64,000 nucleotides of DNA from positions 32,001-96,000 of IMG/VR virus record IMGVR_UViG_3300031576_001126, one strand, 5' to 3'. The notes under the pieces are model-generated. The model worked only from the letters and a program-made list of their open reading frames with translations, made no database searches and had not been told where the DNA came from. A program made the translations under genes and the position numbers. This stretch comes from a virus. Shown in pieces: positions 40,901 through 55,900 of the stretch (its first letter is position 1; the number at the start of each line of letters is the position of its first letter).

Positions 40901-43900
40901 GGCGAATTATTGTTTCAAAATCGGAATTTCCATATGGCTATGGATACGGCTACGGTTATGGAGAAGGATTGGATTTCTTCGATGTATTTGGTATCGAATC
41001 GACAACATATGGTTATGGTGTTGGAGATTTTGAATCAACCTATTCCAATCAATATGGCTATGGATATGGTTTGGAGATATCGGATATACTTGGTTTTATA
41101 AATGATAACGATTGGATATTCTTTGGAGATAATTCCGGTAGTATATATAGGAATATACCACTAAGAGTTCTTGGACATGGTGTTGATGTATCTGGGCTTT
41201 TTTATCTTGATGTCGAATTGGCTGACGCATCAAAGGCCGATTTTTCAGAAATAATTGAAAATCAAATATTTTCCATATTTAGAAAAAAAGAACCATTAGC
41301 TATAATAAATGGAATACCTCAAGACAGAAGATATGATTCCACTGATATCGAAGAATATGAGGCCGATTATTTTAGACAATCTGTTGTTTTTGATAACGAA
41401 ATAAATCCAGATGATGAGATAACTATAGCGTCCGAATACAAAGCCTATGAGCCTATATTTAAATCAATAATAGGATTGTCTATAGACGATATTCGAGTAA
41501 ATGGATTAACTGTTGCAGTTTTGCCAAGAGATATTGATGCTGATAATTTTATTGTGATTTCGGATTCAGCAAACATAGATGACATAGTAAGAATAACAAT
41601 AAAAAACCTATACATAACAGATGTTGGAAGTTTTTCTCATGAAGAAATAGAAGACAAATTGTCTATTGAAGAACTTGGATTGCCATATAAACTTGAGGGA
41701 ATAAGAACATCTAATCTTCTTATTTCTATTATGGCTATGCAACATATGTTCCCGAATACAACGGATTTGGATTCCGATACAGAAATCAATGGAACTGCAA
41801 CTTCTACCGCAAGAGATTATATCGATGATTCATCGAAAACTTTTGCTCCTGGTTCGCTCATTGGCAGAAGAATAATCTTGGATTCAGAAGATAAAGAGTT
41901 TGACTATACGATAGAAAACAACACAGCAAGTAGAATTTGGATTCTCAGAAAAAGAACATATGATAATTTTTCTGAAAATGCTAACGGCACAGAATCTTCA
42001 TTCTTACTTAGAACGCCAGCCATATTAAATGATTTCAGAGCCTATCTTGACGGGGAAGAACAGGCGTTGACTGCCGATTACACGTTAGAAAGCACACTAG
42101 AAGGCATTACGACAATTGTTTTTACAATGCCCCCTGTTACTGGATCTCATGTTATTGTTGCCTATGTAGCTGTTGAAGACGATTTAGATTTCAGAGATTT
42201 TATAAATGTTGGTGAATTGTATGAAATTCTTCCAATAAAAACCTCTCCTTTTTCAGACTTAATAAACACTTTTGTGACAATGTATGAAGATGAAAGTTCT
42301 ATTGACGTTGAATTTAGCTTTATAGAAAACATTATATTAATTTCAAACGATGATATTGGAAAGAAAACAGACCTGACAAGTTATATTTATTTTAATCCAG
42401 TGGATGAATTCATTTATGCGGGAACCAACAAGGGGATATGGAAAAGAGAAAAAGATGTTTCTGTTTTTTGTAAAACAAGCGAACTTCTTCCAACAATAGA
42501 TGCCACTGGTTCTTTTAATCCACCGGATACTTTAAATGGATTATATGTCCAATATAACAAAACGACAAACGAATGGACGTTGACATGGGGATTGGGAACA
42601 AATCAAAGGGACATAAACGATAATCTCGATGATATAAATATAACTGCCATAGCTCATAATCCCGCTGATACAGATATGATTTTGGCAGGATCCCAGGATT
42701 GTTTATATAGAACGATTGATGGCGGATTGAACTGGAATATTGTTTGGGATTTTAGAACGGACGACAGAATAAAAGAATTCCCTGTGCCAAGGCAAATTGT
42801 TTTCGATGATAAAAATCCCTGGATTGTCAATGTCGTAAATCAATCTGGATTGTTTAGAAGTTTTGATTATGGCAATAATTTTGAAACAATATCCACATAT
42901 GACATTGCAACAAGGAAGCTTGATGCCTCTAGATCTTTTTCTTATCAGGTCGATGACTCAGACATTCGTGGTCTGTATTATTATGGCGAGAATAAGTTAA
43001 AGATAAAAAACTATAAATCAATAAGTTCTTTTGGGGCCGATAATTCTACGGTTATCGAGACGGGAGACAAAAATATACTGGGAATAAGTTTAGCGGATTT
43101 GGTTATAAGGAAGATAGAAAATAATACAAGTAATGTTAATGAGGTTTTCTTGGCTTCTGAGGGATATGGGGTTTTGAAGTCCACTGTAATGGGCAACGAT
43201 CCTCAAGTTTCAAGATATGATTTTAAAAAACAATATTTTAATTTCACAGATGAATTAATAGATCAATTTAACAATCCCAATAATTTAAATTTTATAAATA
43301 ATACTGGGGCGTGGCATTTTCTTCCGGACCCCGATAGACCGGGAGAAACAGTTGGAAGATATGTCATTTTTATAGATAATATTCGTGGAAGAACCTATAT
43401 CTTAACAAAAATAGAAAATGGCAGAAGAGTTCCTACTCATGGGGAATTTATAGGAAAATTCATAACTCTCGAAGCCAATACTGGATTTTATACTTTTAAA
43501 GTAATTGGTCACTATAACAGAGGTTTGTTGCCAAGTAGAACTAATGCAATTTATCCAAATGGCAAAGAAATTTCAAGTCAAATTGTGGAATTTGTTTTAG
43601 ACGGAAGATATCCGTTCCTTTACAATTCTAATTTATTGCCCCTCATAGAGGATCCTCCCGGAAGTGGAAACTTTAGAAGAAAAAGAGAGGGCGATTTTAA
43701 ATATTATTGGTACGGACTTGATGCTCCGTTTAGTACTCATCCAGCTTTATTTCCTGTTATTGTTCAATTTGGATCTCAAGTCCCATTATTTGCCCCAAGC
43801 AATGGGTCGATTAATAGGGCGCTTGTTTCTAATGGAAATTTGTTTGAAAAAAATTTCTCAGGGTTGATAACTTTTGCAAGCTATAGAAGATCTGAAACAT

Positions 43901-46900
43901 TAAGCCCAACTAGTTCTTCTGGAAATATATCATACACATTTATAAAACCATCTGTGGATTTGTTTGAATATTCATATTTATTCGTTAATGGAACTTACAG
44001 GGCCGAAGTTGTTGTTAATGGAAAGTCTACTTCAAACCCGAATACAATAACCGACACTGGCTCGACTATAATAGTCGATTTTGATGTGGCATTGTCTTCC
44101 GGAGATACGGTGGGCTTGGTATTGTTTGTTATAAATGCTAATACTCAAAATGAAGAGATAATGATTGAAATACATTATCCAACATTTGGAGGTTTTGGTG
44201 ATGCCCCTCCATCTTATTTCCTTGTAGTTGATGGGTTAAAGGATTTCTACTTTGGAGATATCCAGGCCGAAGAAAAATATAAAATAATATCATCAAGAAT
44301 AAAAACGCTAACACCAGAAGAAATCCCACTTTTTTATGCAAAAATTTATTTAAAATTGGATCCAGAAAGTTTTCGAGATGACGATCTTGATGATTTGGTC
44401 AGGCTTTGGAATATTGACGCCCAAAATACCCCGCCAACTCCAAGCGGAAGAATATCTCATGCAGCAATATTTCATAGCATGATTATTTCGTCATTTGTTT
44501 CCAACGCCATAACATTCAACCAGGGCAATCTGCCAACGATATTGTCTGATGGATATGATTTAAGAGGATATGTTTTATATCCAAGACTTGATTCTTCCGC
44601 ATTTTTCAAGATTTTATCGAATACGGAAGATACAATTGTTTTAGATTCTAATAATATATTGGAAATAGCGAGAATAGGAGATCAATCAAGAGTTGGTATG
44701 GATATCCAATCTGGAAGAGTTTTGGATATAACCATAGATCGTAATAATCCTAAAATTATATATGCTTCAGCAAAAGACAATCCCTATATATCGCTTGACA
44801 GTGGAAGAACATGGAGACTAATCAATGATGGACTTCCTATAAATTCTTCAATAAATGAAAGTTTTGTAAAGTTTGAAAAAATAAAAATACATAATTCATA
44901 TTTATATGGTTGTGCTTTAAACTTTGCCGAAAACTTAGGTGGAGGGATCTATAGATTCGATGGAAATTCATGGGAACAAATTGGCGGTATTGATGGCGAT
45001 GATTTGATTCCAAAATCCGTTAATGACTTTGCTATTTTCGATGATTTAGGAGACACTATAATTTATGCAGGAACATTACAAGATGGAATTTATAAGGGAA
45101 ATGACACTCTTGGAAGTTTCGTTTGGGAAAAACAAAAATTACCAGACCACATCATAAATTCCATGGATCTTGTTAAAAAAGATAATGGAGATCTTGAAAG
45201 AGTTTGGATTGGAACAGCGGGTAAAGGTTTATTTAGAAAAGACGGACTCAGTGATAAAACTTGGGAAATAGAATATGACAACATATTGAAAAATTCAGAA
45301 ATAAAATCCGTACTTTGGAGACCATGGAACATCTTTGAAAAAAATAGCGATATTTTTGTTGATTCTTTGTTTTCAACAATAACCACAATAAACACAGGAT
45401 TCAATTTAATAGAGACTAAAAAATATGTCCAAGTCAATTATGGCCCCGCAGAAAGTCTTGGATTGGAAAACGATCCAGATTTATTTGATTGGGAAAAAAT
45501 AGGAGAAAAAAAAGACGACAAAGAAATTCCTCATGTATTCTCTATAGATCAATCTAATGCTTCCCACATAACAGAATCAATAGACAGAACCATCACTGAT
45601 CACGATCTGCCGGACAATAGAAGACTAACTGCATTTGTTTCGGGAATAAAAGGATCTGGCGCTTTATCAGAAAATTTTGGAAACGGAGCATTATTGGCGG
45701 GAATAGGAGTTCCTTCCAATTCTCTTGGAATTGAAAGAGTAAATATAGATTCCAACCAACCAACAATTTACGAAGAACCATTTAGTCATTTGCCAGACAG
45801 ACAATCTATAACCACAATAGAAGAATCGGATTCTGGAAGAATTTTTTTTGGAACAGATAGAAGCGGGGTATGGAGAACTAAATCTTCGAACGGAAGAAAA
45901 TATTTATTACCGTTTGTCGAAAATCCATCGGATTCTTTTGATCTTTCAAATTATGGATATGATTACATTGTCGGCAGGTTAGAGAGATTTTTAGCGACAT
46001 CAGTTTCTGATTTTCCAAATCAAAATACATTCAACAGAATAACAGGGATCGATCCAACTGGAGAAATAGGCTTCATAGACACATCGTCATTATTTGATGG
46101 AATTGGATATTCGGAAAGATTTTTTAGAGCCGAAAACATATATACATATACTGTAAAATCTTCAGAATCTCCTGATCTTTTTTCTGACATAACTTTACAT
46201 GGGTCTGATATTATTGGTGGATACTTTGTTCTATCAGAAATAACAAACGAAGCTCGTGGAGTTGTTGGGAGCAACAGGATTATTCTTGAGATAATTAATT
46301 TAAAATCCGAATCCGGGGATTATAAATTGTTTTTATCTGCCGGACAAAGACAGGCGATTTTGCCTCCACAAGTTATCTCGGATGCTATTTGGATCGCAAT
46401 AGATAAAGAAATTGAAAGTCCATCAGGAAATTATAATAAAATAGTTATTATGGATTTTGAAAAATATGAAGATATAAGTGGCAATCTTCCAAAAACAGAT
46501 ATTAAAAATTCTCTTGGTGTAAAAGAATCGGCGGTTTTCATAAGAGATATGAAAGTTATTGGATCTGAGGCTGTTATTGGATGTGGAATTGGAGGACTAT
46601 TTGTATCTAAAGATATAAATAATTTAAACACATCTGACATAGAATGGTTCAATATACTTGTTCCTTCTGAAATAAAAGACATTACTTCTATAGTTTGCAT
46701 TCCCAAAACACCGACTAGTGGTTATGGGTATGGATATGGCGAGGGACTGGACTATTTTGATGTGTTTGGGCTGGATGGCAGTTTATATGGATATGGGTTG
46801 GGTTTATTTGAATATGATTATTCATATGGATATGGGTATGGGGTCGGAATCGAATATGAAAGCTTGGATATTTATGTGGGAACTTGGGGAAATGGTGTTT

Positions 46901-49900
46901 GGGCACATAAAGGTGGACATTGGATTGGAGACATTTTTACCGGAGGAACATGGGAAGAAGTTGATGAATTAAATTTAAAACATAAAAATATATGGAAACT
47001 ATTCTTGTCTTCCAATGGTTTGCTATATGCGGGAACAGAACATGGTGGAATTTATGTTATTGATCCAAATGGAGGTTCGTGGATAAGGGAAATAGACAAT
47101 ATAACAAGATCTAAATTATTTATATGGAAAACCGAAGGATATTCTACTAAAAATGAATCTGTTTCTGTTTTCACAAACAAAGATAATATTCTTACATATT
47201 CCTTTGGCGGTGGAGTAATGAGAAGCCTAGACGAGGGAAATAGCTGGGAACAAGCCATCAATGGTCTTTCAAATATTTATGTTCAAGATTTAACAATTTG
47301 TCCAAATTCAACTTCTGATACGGCCTATGTGGCTACGGCCGGAGGAGGAGTTTACAAAACAACAAATGCATTCACTGGGAATTGTTCGTGGATAAAATTA
47401 CCAACAAATGGATTGCCAGAAAATCTAAATATAGACGAAATAGAAGTTGGTAATGATCCAAATATAGTTTATATAAAAACAAGAATAAATGATTTATCAT
47501 TCAAAAGTCTTCCGTTATCTATAAAAAATGTAGCTTCCGTTTCCGATCCTCCAATCTTTGAATTTGGAGATTGGACCGGATCTCTTAATACTTCTCTTTT
47601 CAATGGCACAAGATTCACGCCTCTTCAGCCATATACAAAGGGAGATAGGAAAGCAATAATATTTAGAAGCACGGATGGCGGAAATACTTGGGAATCAGTA
47701 TATGACAAAGATCCAAAATTTACGGATAGGGATTATAGATTTTCAAGTTCTGTCTTTGGATTGACATTAAGACCTGGACAAAATGATATTGTTCATTTCT
47801 TGTACAAATCGACTTTGACATCCAACAATCCCTCTGTCGGAAATATTGACTCATTTTTCTTTGTAACGATGAATGGAGACCAAATTATCTCAGAAACGAT
47901 ATTCCCATTGGATAGCTATCAAAACCTTAAAATATTAAATCAAAGAACAGACGCATACATATCTGTTAATCCAATGAATTTTGATGAAATATACATTTCT
48001 CTCCATGGAAATGTTGGTTCGACCTTTCAATTGCCTCCAATATACAAATCGACAGATGGTGGAAAAACGTGGTTTTATTCCAACGGACATTTTACATCAA
48101 GCGAAAGTTTTAATACAAAACTACAAATATCAAACAAAATCCCACCATCTGTTTCGGCTGTTGTGTCGGATGTGTCTTCAAGTATAAGTTTAATTGGCAA
48201 TACAGAAAATATAGATAAAAATACAGCTATTTTTGAGAATACAAAAATATTTTTTTCATCCAATTTTAATAGAATAATTACATCTAGTTTTACGCAAACA
48301 ACCACAGAAGATCCGTTTACAGATAGTTTGTTCTTTACATATCGAGACGAACCAGTTGTTGGCGAAATTAATTCTTATCCGAGATCATTTTATCTTACTG
48401 GAGCCACAATTCAGCCTAATATAAATCAGCCAACAATAATTGCGATTCAAAACGGTGGACATGGAGATTTTCTTCCAAAACTTACAAAGGGGGTGGGGAA
48501 CTCCAATAATCCACAATTTGTCACCGTGGTTCTTGATCAAACTTTTTCTGGAGCTATTCTTGATCCTATAAGCAACAAATGTAAAATAGGCAATTTGACA
48601 TCAATAAAAATTGACTATTCCTCTCTTCCCACCGAATCTATATTTAGAAAAGAAAACTCATTGATAGGTTTGGATATTAGTATCGGAGGGATTGCAACAA
48701 AAATAGCTATACATAGAGCTTTATATCCGGTAGTATCTTCGACAATTCCAAATAAAATAGAATTAATTGTTATTGGAGATTTTGGATCATCTATCGCCAT
48801 TGGAACCGTTATGTCCGTAACCTTAAAACAACCCATATATTCTAATTATGATAACGATTTAATGTTATCTGTGAATTCCGGTGTATCTTGGAAAAAAATA
48901 GGGAAAGAATCTTTTTCTTTGGCTTTGGACAATATAAAGGGGATAGCTAACAATACCGTATTGCCAACAACTGTTCCGTTAACGGTCAGGTCTACATACT
49001 TATTGCAAGATGAAGGAGAAAATAGCGTTGTCTACAGAGGAGACGCAAGAGACGAAAGATATGAGAATCAATCCATTGAAAGATTAATATGGACAAAAAT
49101 AGTCATAGATTCGACATTTAAGTCGAATAAAACCTTGTTTAATGGTCTGGCTTTTAGTGAATCTAGAAGCGCAATATATATATCCGAATCAAATAAAATT
49201 TCAAAAATATCAATATCTCCATCTATTTCTGTAACAACACTGTTTGATAACTTGAACATATCACATCCCCTGGTTGTTTCCGAGGCAAACAGTAACGATA
49301 TGTTATTTGTTGCCAATAGTTCAGTATATTCATCAAAAGATGGATTTGAAACTTTCCAAGTTTTTACATTGCCTCAAGCAATAACCCCGGCCTCAATAAA
49401 AAGAATTGTTTTGAGTAGAAATCCAGATATTCCAGATGAGGTTTTCCTTTGTGTCGATGCTGGACAGTCTTTTGAACAATCAACGTTTAATTCTTCAGGA
49501 GTTATTTCAGAGGGAACAACAAACATTATAAGATTTGCTTTATCTGTTGGACAAAAAAATCCTTTTGAAAACTTTATAAAAAGATATATTTCTTTCGAAG
49601 TTAATGGATCAAATTCTATATTCAATACGAGAATAGAGAGGATAACCTCGTCCGAAATATATACGCTCTCAACAATTGTTGGTTCTGTTATTTCTTTTTC
49701 TTATGATACAATAACCAACAAAACTTCACTAACCGGCAACGGTTCTCCACTGGATGCAGGCGCATATGCGGGGAACATTGTCACAATTCAAACAAGCTTA
49801 AATGTCGATGCTTTAACAATATTTACAAGCAGAGTAGAAGATGTGGAAAATATAACAGAATCAACTTTTGATATAATAGTCAACGGGGATTTAAGACAAA

Positions 49901-52900
49901 CATTCGAAGATAACGACATTGATTTCAATACTAAATTTCCTTCTTTAAGAATAGGAAAACTCGGAGATTTTTTAACTGTAGATTATAGTGGAAAAATAAC
50001 GGCAAGCAGATCGACAAATCAAACATTACAAAATGGATTATGGTATTCAAATACGTTCGGAGAAGGCTTTGTTAAAATAGATGGATTGGAAATCGGAGGG
50101 ATAGATGACAGACCAGGATGTTTGGATGCTTATCTTTTTGACAATGGGAGAGTTTCCGCAATATTAAATAATGACGATACAATAAGAATATTAACTAACA
50201 ATAATAGATTGCCGTCTGGAAATATTAATAAAGTTTTTACAACGCCAGACGGAAATATTTTTGCCCTAACCTCTAACGGTCTTTGCGTAATAGAAGGAGA
50301 TGAAGAACTTGAATTCTCTTCTTTTTTCTATAATAATTTCACAAATATAATGGATCTCGGTGCGGATCAAAGATATATTTTTGATGCGGAAAACAAAACC
50401 TTTATATTGAGTGGAATTCCTAATGAATTTTATGGAGACGAAACTCCAACGTTAGCTAGTTTTAACTTTAATAATGTCGTAGCCACGTTAAAAGACTCAA
50501 AAGAAACAATTTGGGTTGGAACAGAAGGGTTTGGTTTGTATGCTGTTTTTGGGAATAATATATACAACTTCAATGCTGATAATAGCAACATAGGAAGCAA
50601 TACAATAAGATCCGTAATAGAAGATAATAGAGGAAATATCTGGGTAGCAAGTGGAAATGGTGGGGTTTCCACCAGCTTTTACGGAGACAATATAAACGAG
50701 ATACCGGCAATAGTTTGGACAAACTTTCCAACTGGAATAGGGTTTACTGAAAATACAGGATTAACTGGGGCCGTAAATTCAATTAATGTAAGAAACACAA
50801 TGTCCATAATAGCCGACGGAACAGTAGATGTTCCTCAAGTAAATATAGATTGGACAAATATATCTTCTGTATTCCCAAAATCTATTATTTTACGAAGCAA
50901 TTCAACTATTACTCCGTCCGTCGTAAATGGGACAGATATAACTTTTGTTCCAATAAGAGACATAGTTTTAACCATCGAAGAAGAAACCAATAACGGGAAT
51001 CTTGTGTGGAGAATAACTGGCTCGACAGCAATCGATTATGGAACAAACAATCTTATTGGCAAGCACATTGTTCCAGACACAAGATCGAACACCAATGGTT
51101 TTGAAATAATTTTTAATTCTTTTAATTCGTTTGACATTCAAAGAGTTGAAGATGAAAATCCTCCGTCAATTGGTAATTTTATGATAGTCGAAAAGATCGA
51201 TTCCGCTTTTGTTGTCTATGCTGGTGACGGCACAGACATTGGTTTTAATTTTTCAGATGTCGATTTGCCAAACAACAATCAATATACATATTTCTTATTT
51301 TTTTATAATGATGTAAATTTCATATATAAATTAACAGACAGAAAGACTGTGGAGTTATCTGATTCTGAAATAGATTCTCAAAACGAACTCGATATGATTT
51401 GTGGTGGAAGTGGAGGATTGTTTAAATTTACTCCAAGCGAAGATACACAATTTACTTTTATTGCTTCGTTTGGAGAAGGAAATGATATCACAAATATATT
51501 CTTTGACACATCAAATATTGGTTGGCTTGCCGCAACAAGCAAGTTGGTTGAATTTAATTCTCCAAATATTATAACAGAATTCGGAATAAACGATTTATTT
51601 TCTGGTAAAACCGACAGTATCCCATCGTCCATGATTGTCAGAAATGCAGCCGAAAGATCAAACGGAGATATTGTCATAGCTACAGATGTGGGGCTATCCA
51701 TAAGGGATATTGCTGAATTTACTTCTATAATAGAGAATGATCCAGACATATCATTCAGAGATGATTCTGGAAATCTAACACTTAACGATTGGAGACCATC
51801 AACACTATTAAGTGCTGGGTCTGATCAGTTCAGTTTTATTGATGTTGGAGAAAACAACGCTCTTTTAGCCGTGAGAAAAAATATTTTTTCCACATCAAGT
51901 GGTGGTAATAATTGGTCAATAACAAACAACAACGATGACAACGTTATTTTCGATACTATAAAATTTGCTCACAAAATAGAAAAAGATAATGAAATAATAG
52001 ATATATTATTTTTCACAGACAGATCAATATATAGCTCTGGATCTGATAATATAGATATTTTAGAAACAGAAAATCTTCCATCAAGATCCGGCATTCTTGA
52101 ATCTTATTCAATAGGAGATATGTGGTTATCAGAAGGACCATCTTCATCAAGACTGATCATCGGGATGTATAATAACAATATTGTTGAAGAAGAAAGAGAA
52201 CTTGCTATTATTGATTTTTCATCACCTGATGAATTTACCACGCCTGTAACATTTATAAGTGGAAAAGATGGATTATCCATTCAATCTGCATATTCCTTCG
52301 CTGAAATAAATGACGGATTAGACATAATAATATGCTCAGGGTGTAAGGATTCGATAATATTTAAAAAGAATAGCGATTCTTGGAAACCCTTTATAACCGG
52401 AGAAATCGAACCGGAAACATTTGTTTATACCTCATTGTCCGCCAGAGTAGATGAAGAATCAATAGAACATGGAAAAACATTATATGCCACAAGAACTCCT
52501 ATCTATGGTGTTGATTTTGCACCTCAAGTATTATCATTCAGAATAGACGCCCCGTTGGTTGATAATAAAGTATTTAAATACGATGTAAACGGTTCGTTGG
52601 CTGGAAGAGTGCGAGATGGATTTCGGATTTATCCATCTCCGATAATCAAAGTGGACCGTCCAGCGATTGGCGAGTACAATCCCCAATGGTTCCAAAAAAA
52701 CATATATCGTGGGCATATTGGGGCAGTTAAATTTATAGAGTCAAGCAGATCTCTTGTTTTGGGAGGGTTTGCAAACACTTTAATGGTTATTCCCTTTACG
52801 GCGGAAAGATCGGATGATTTTAGGAAATTGGCATGTGGTGTTTATTCTGGTCTTAGAGGACATAGAAATTTCATTCCCAATCAAGCTGCTTATTCATCAA

Positions 52901-55900
52901 CAGAATATGTGGGATTTTATTTGCCATATGAAATCAATGAAGATTCAATATTCGCATCAGGTGTTTTCTCATTCTCTTCTGGCCTTAACAATAAAACAGA
53001 ATCGAACTTCTTGACAAAAAACAAAAATGCATGGTCTGTGAAATTTAACGAAGAAGATGGTTTCGCTTCATATTTACATTTTGGACAAAATAATTTTAAT
53101 GATAACAAGAAATTTAAATTTAATTCTACGGATAACATTAGTTATTTAATGAAGACAAGAGATGGCGGACAAATATGGTATTCCTCGATAAACAATGTCA
53201 CCGGAGAAAGCGAATTCCCGGTTGCCTCTGTCGGCGATTGGATTTTCAATAAATTAGATCAAGATAATATTATAATTTCAACAGTTAACGGTTTATATGA
53301 GTCTGGAGAATATAATTCTGGAATATTTGTTACGTTTGATGGAGGACATGGTTGGAGCAACGTTACTGATGTTCTTCCAAAGGTTCCGGCAAAATCCATA
53401 GAATTAATAGAAGATAAAGTTTATGCCGGTATGCTTGGGTACGGCGTTTTTAATACAAGCTTGGCTTCAATAAATTCTCTTGTTCCTGATTGGGAACAGT
53501 TTGAGTCAAGATACACAACTCTCAATGGAATTAATATAGGTCTATGGAATGTCACTTCTATAGAGGAGGACAGAATTAATCCCGAAAGATTATTGATTGG
53601 GACAACTAATCAAGGGGTTGTTCAATCTCTCAATTCTGGAGAAAGTTGGTCTTTCGATGATAATGGAATTCCTTCTGGAAATATAACCGTCATAAAAATG
53701 TTAGCCGTGAATCCCTTTGTCACTCTTGTTGGAATAAAAAACGATGGGCTTTACATAAAAAATAATGACATACAAAAATATGAAAAGAAAACAAATGGAC
53801 TTCCAACAAATTCAAATATAAGAGATATAAAAATAGACATAACATTCTCTGATATATATCTTGAATTTAATTATTCTAATTCTCTGAATGATTTTATATT
53901 AATAATAAGGGCTGATTTCTTGCCTCCTTCAAGGACTCCTGAAAACGGGGTATTATATCAAGTTGGAGGAGAAATAGAAAATGCTAACGTTGTATATTTT
54001 GGAAATGAAGATTTCTCTCTAAATAAATTTGTGGATAGGAACGGAAAGATAAGAGATGGTATTCCATATTATTATAGATTTTTTACATTGAATTTAGATG
54101 GGACATATACCGAAAGAGATATTATTCTTGGAAAATCAACCCTTGTGGAATCATTAAAAATAACAGACACTAGTAGCGCTCGTCTGGCCGATCCATTCCC
54201 AACGTCTGGGAATGGATTAAAACACAGAATCGTCAAACCATCCACATTAACAACACAATCCAAGCCAATGGAGATAGTTTCAAATACAGGAACAGAATTG
54301 TTCTTGAGAGCAGATCCTTTTGAAATATTAAATAGAGGGGGGGATGCTACTTTTGGAAACAGTATATTAAGGAATCAGCAATATCGCATAGATTCAACCC
54401 TTATCGTTATTCCAATAAAGATAAATCCCATTTATATTATAGCTGAAGATATTTCAAATGGAATTTCTAAAGTTTACTATTCTAACAACAACGGCGAATC
54501 CTGGTTTGAAAGAAATTCAGGAATAACATCTACGGACATTAGAACGTTAACTTTGGAAATATTAAATATCGAATCAAGACTTCTTTTAGAACAGGCTGCA
54601 ATATACATATCTACTGCCGATGGAGTTTTTAAAAGCGAAGACAATGGATTGAGTTGGAACGAAATAAGTTCTTCTTCCGGAACAAATATCCTTCCAAACT
54701 CCATTCCATATAGAAAAGTTGTAGTGGATCTTGAAGACTGCAATATAGTTTATGCTTTAAATGATAACGGAGAAACTTTTAGAAGCTTGAATGAGGGAGA
54801 TTCTTGGGAACTTATGAATTCTTTTGATGGAGAGTTTAATGTGGCGGATATTGTTTCTTTCTTTACAAACCATATATATGTTGGGACAAATGGAGATGGA
54901 ATAATAAGGTTAGAAAATTCAGTAAGAGATAGAATTGATCTAAACGTTATAGCTGATGGGAATATCTCGTTTTTCGATATAGATTTCATAGAAATAGGTG
55001 ATTTTGCATCGACAGATACAAACTCAATAACAGCAAGCACTCTTGTTAAAAATGATTCCATATCGAACAACAGAGAACAAATAAGATTTAAAACAAAAGA
55101 ATATGCAAACAATATTCAAATACTTATTAAAAATAATGATATTCCATTTAATGTTGAGGATGTATTCATCGGTGATCAGCTTGCTAATCCTCCTAGTAAT
55201 CCGTTTATCTTAAGAATCCCCGAAACAGAAGACGATCCTACAATAGTTAATCAAATTATATCTCTTTCTGATAATAATTTGTATGCCGCAACAAACAGGG
55301 GGGCCTTTTTTACGAGTGATTTTGGATTAAAATGGAATAAAATAAACAATCCGGAATTGCCAGATGAAATTCTGGATATCGCCGATATAAGAAATAATGA
55401 ATTGGCATTAGCGACAGCAAGCGGACTATGGACCAGCACTAACGATAGAAAAGATTTTGGAATAATAGAATCTTCAGGAAAAAGAATAAATACTATTTTT
55501 GAATCTTCAGATAGAATAGTGAGAAATTTGATTAGGGGAGGAGAAAATGGTCTTAGAATTACAATAGAAAATTCAAAAAGTATAATAGCCTTTTCTGGAA
55601 AAAACAGACAAATAAAATTAAGCTGGGGCGATATCTTTAACAGAGTGGACGGAGGATGGTCTGAAAACACTCAAATAATATTGGCTGATCCAATTTTCAG
55701 ACCAATAAAACCCGATGATAATTCTTTGACAAGTTTTGATGGATGGGATCATGCCCTTATTGTTAGGAAAGGACCGTTTACTACTTTTGAAAAAGCTTTG
55801 GCTGCTGGAATAAACAACAATATATTTGCTCCCCAAACACAAGTTGTTTATCCAACTAATACTTTGGTTAGCGTTTATAACACCCCAATATCAATTGCTC

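Noticed and set aside
40933-46860. Tyr/Gly tags as DNA repeats (MITE, Rickettsia-type palindromic element, CRISPR, or DGR template/variable repeat)
   Set aside because: Copies differ at synonymous positions, show no evident terminal inverted repeats, regular spacing or adenine-specific mismatches, and no reverse transcriptase or cas gene is in the window.
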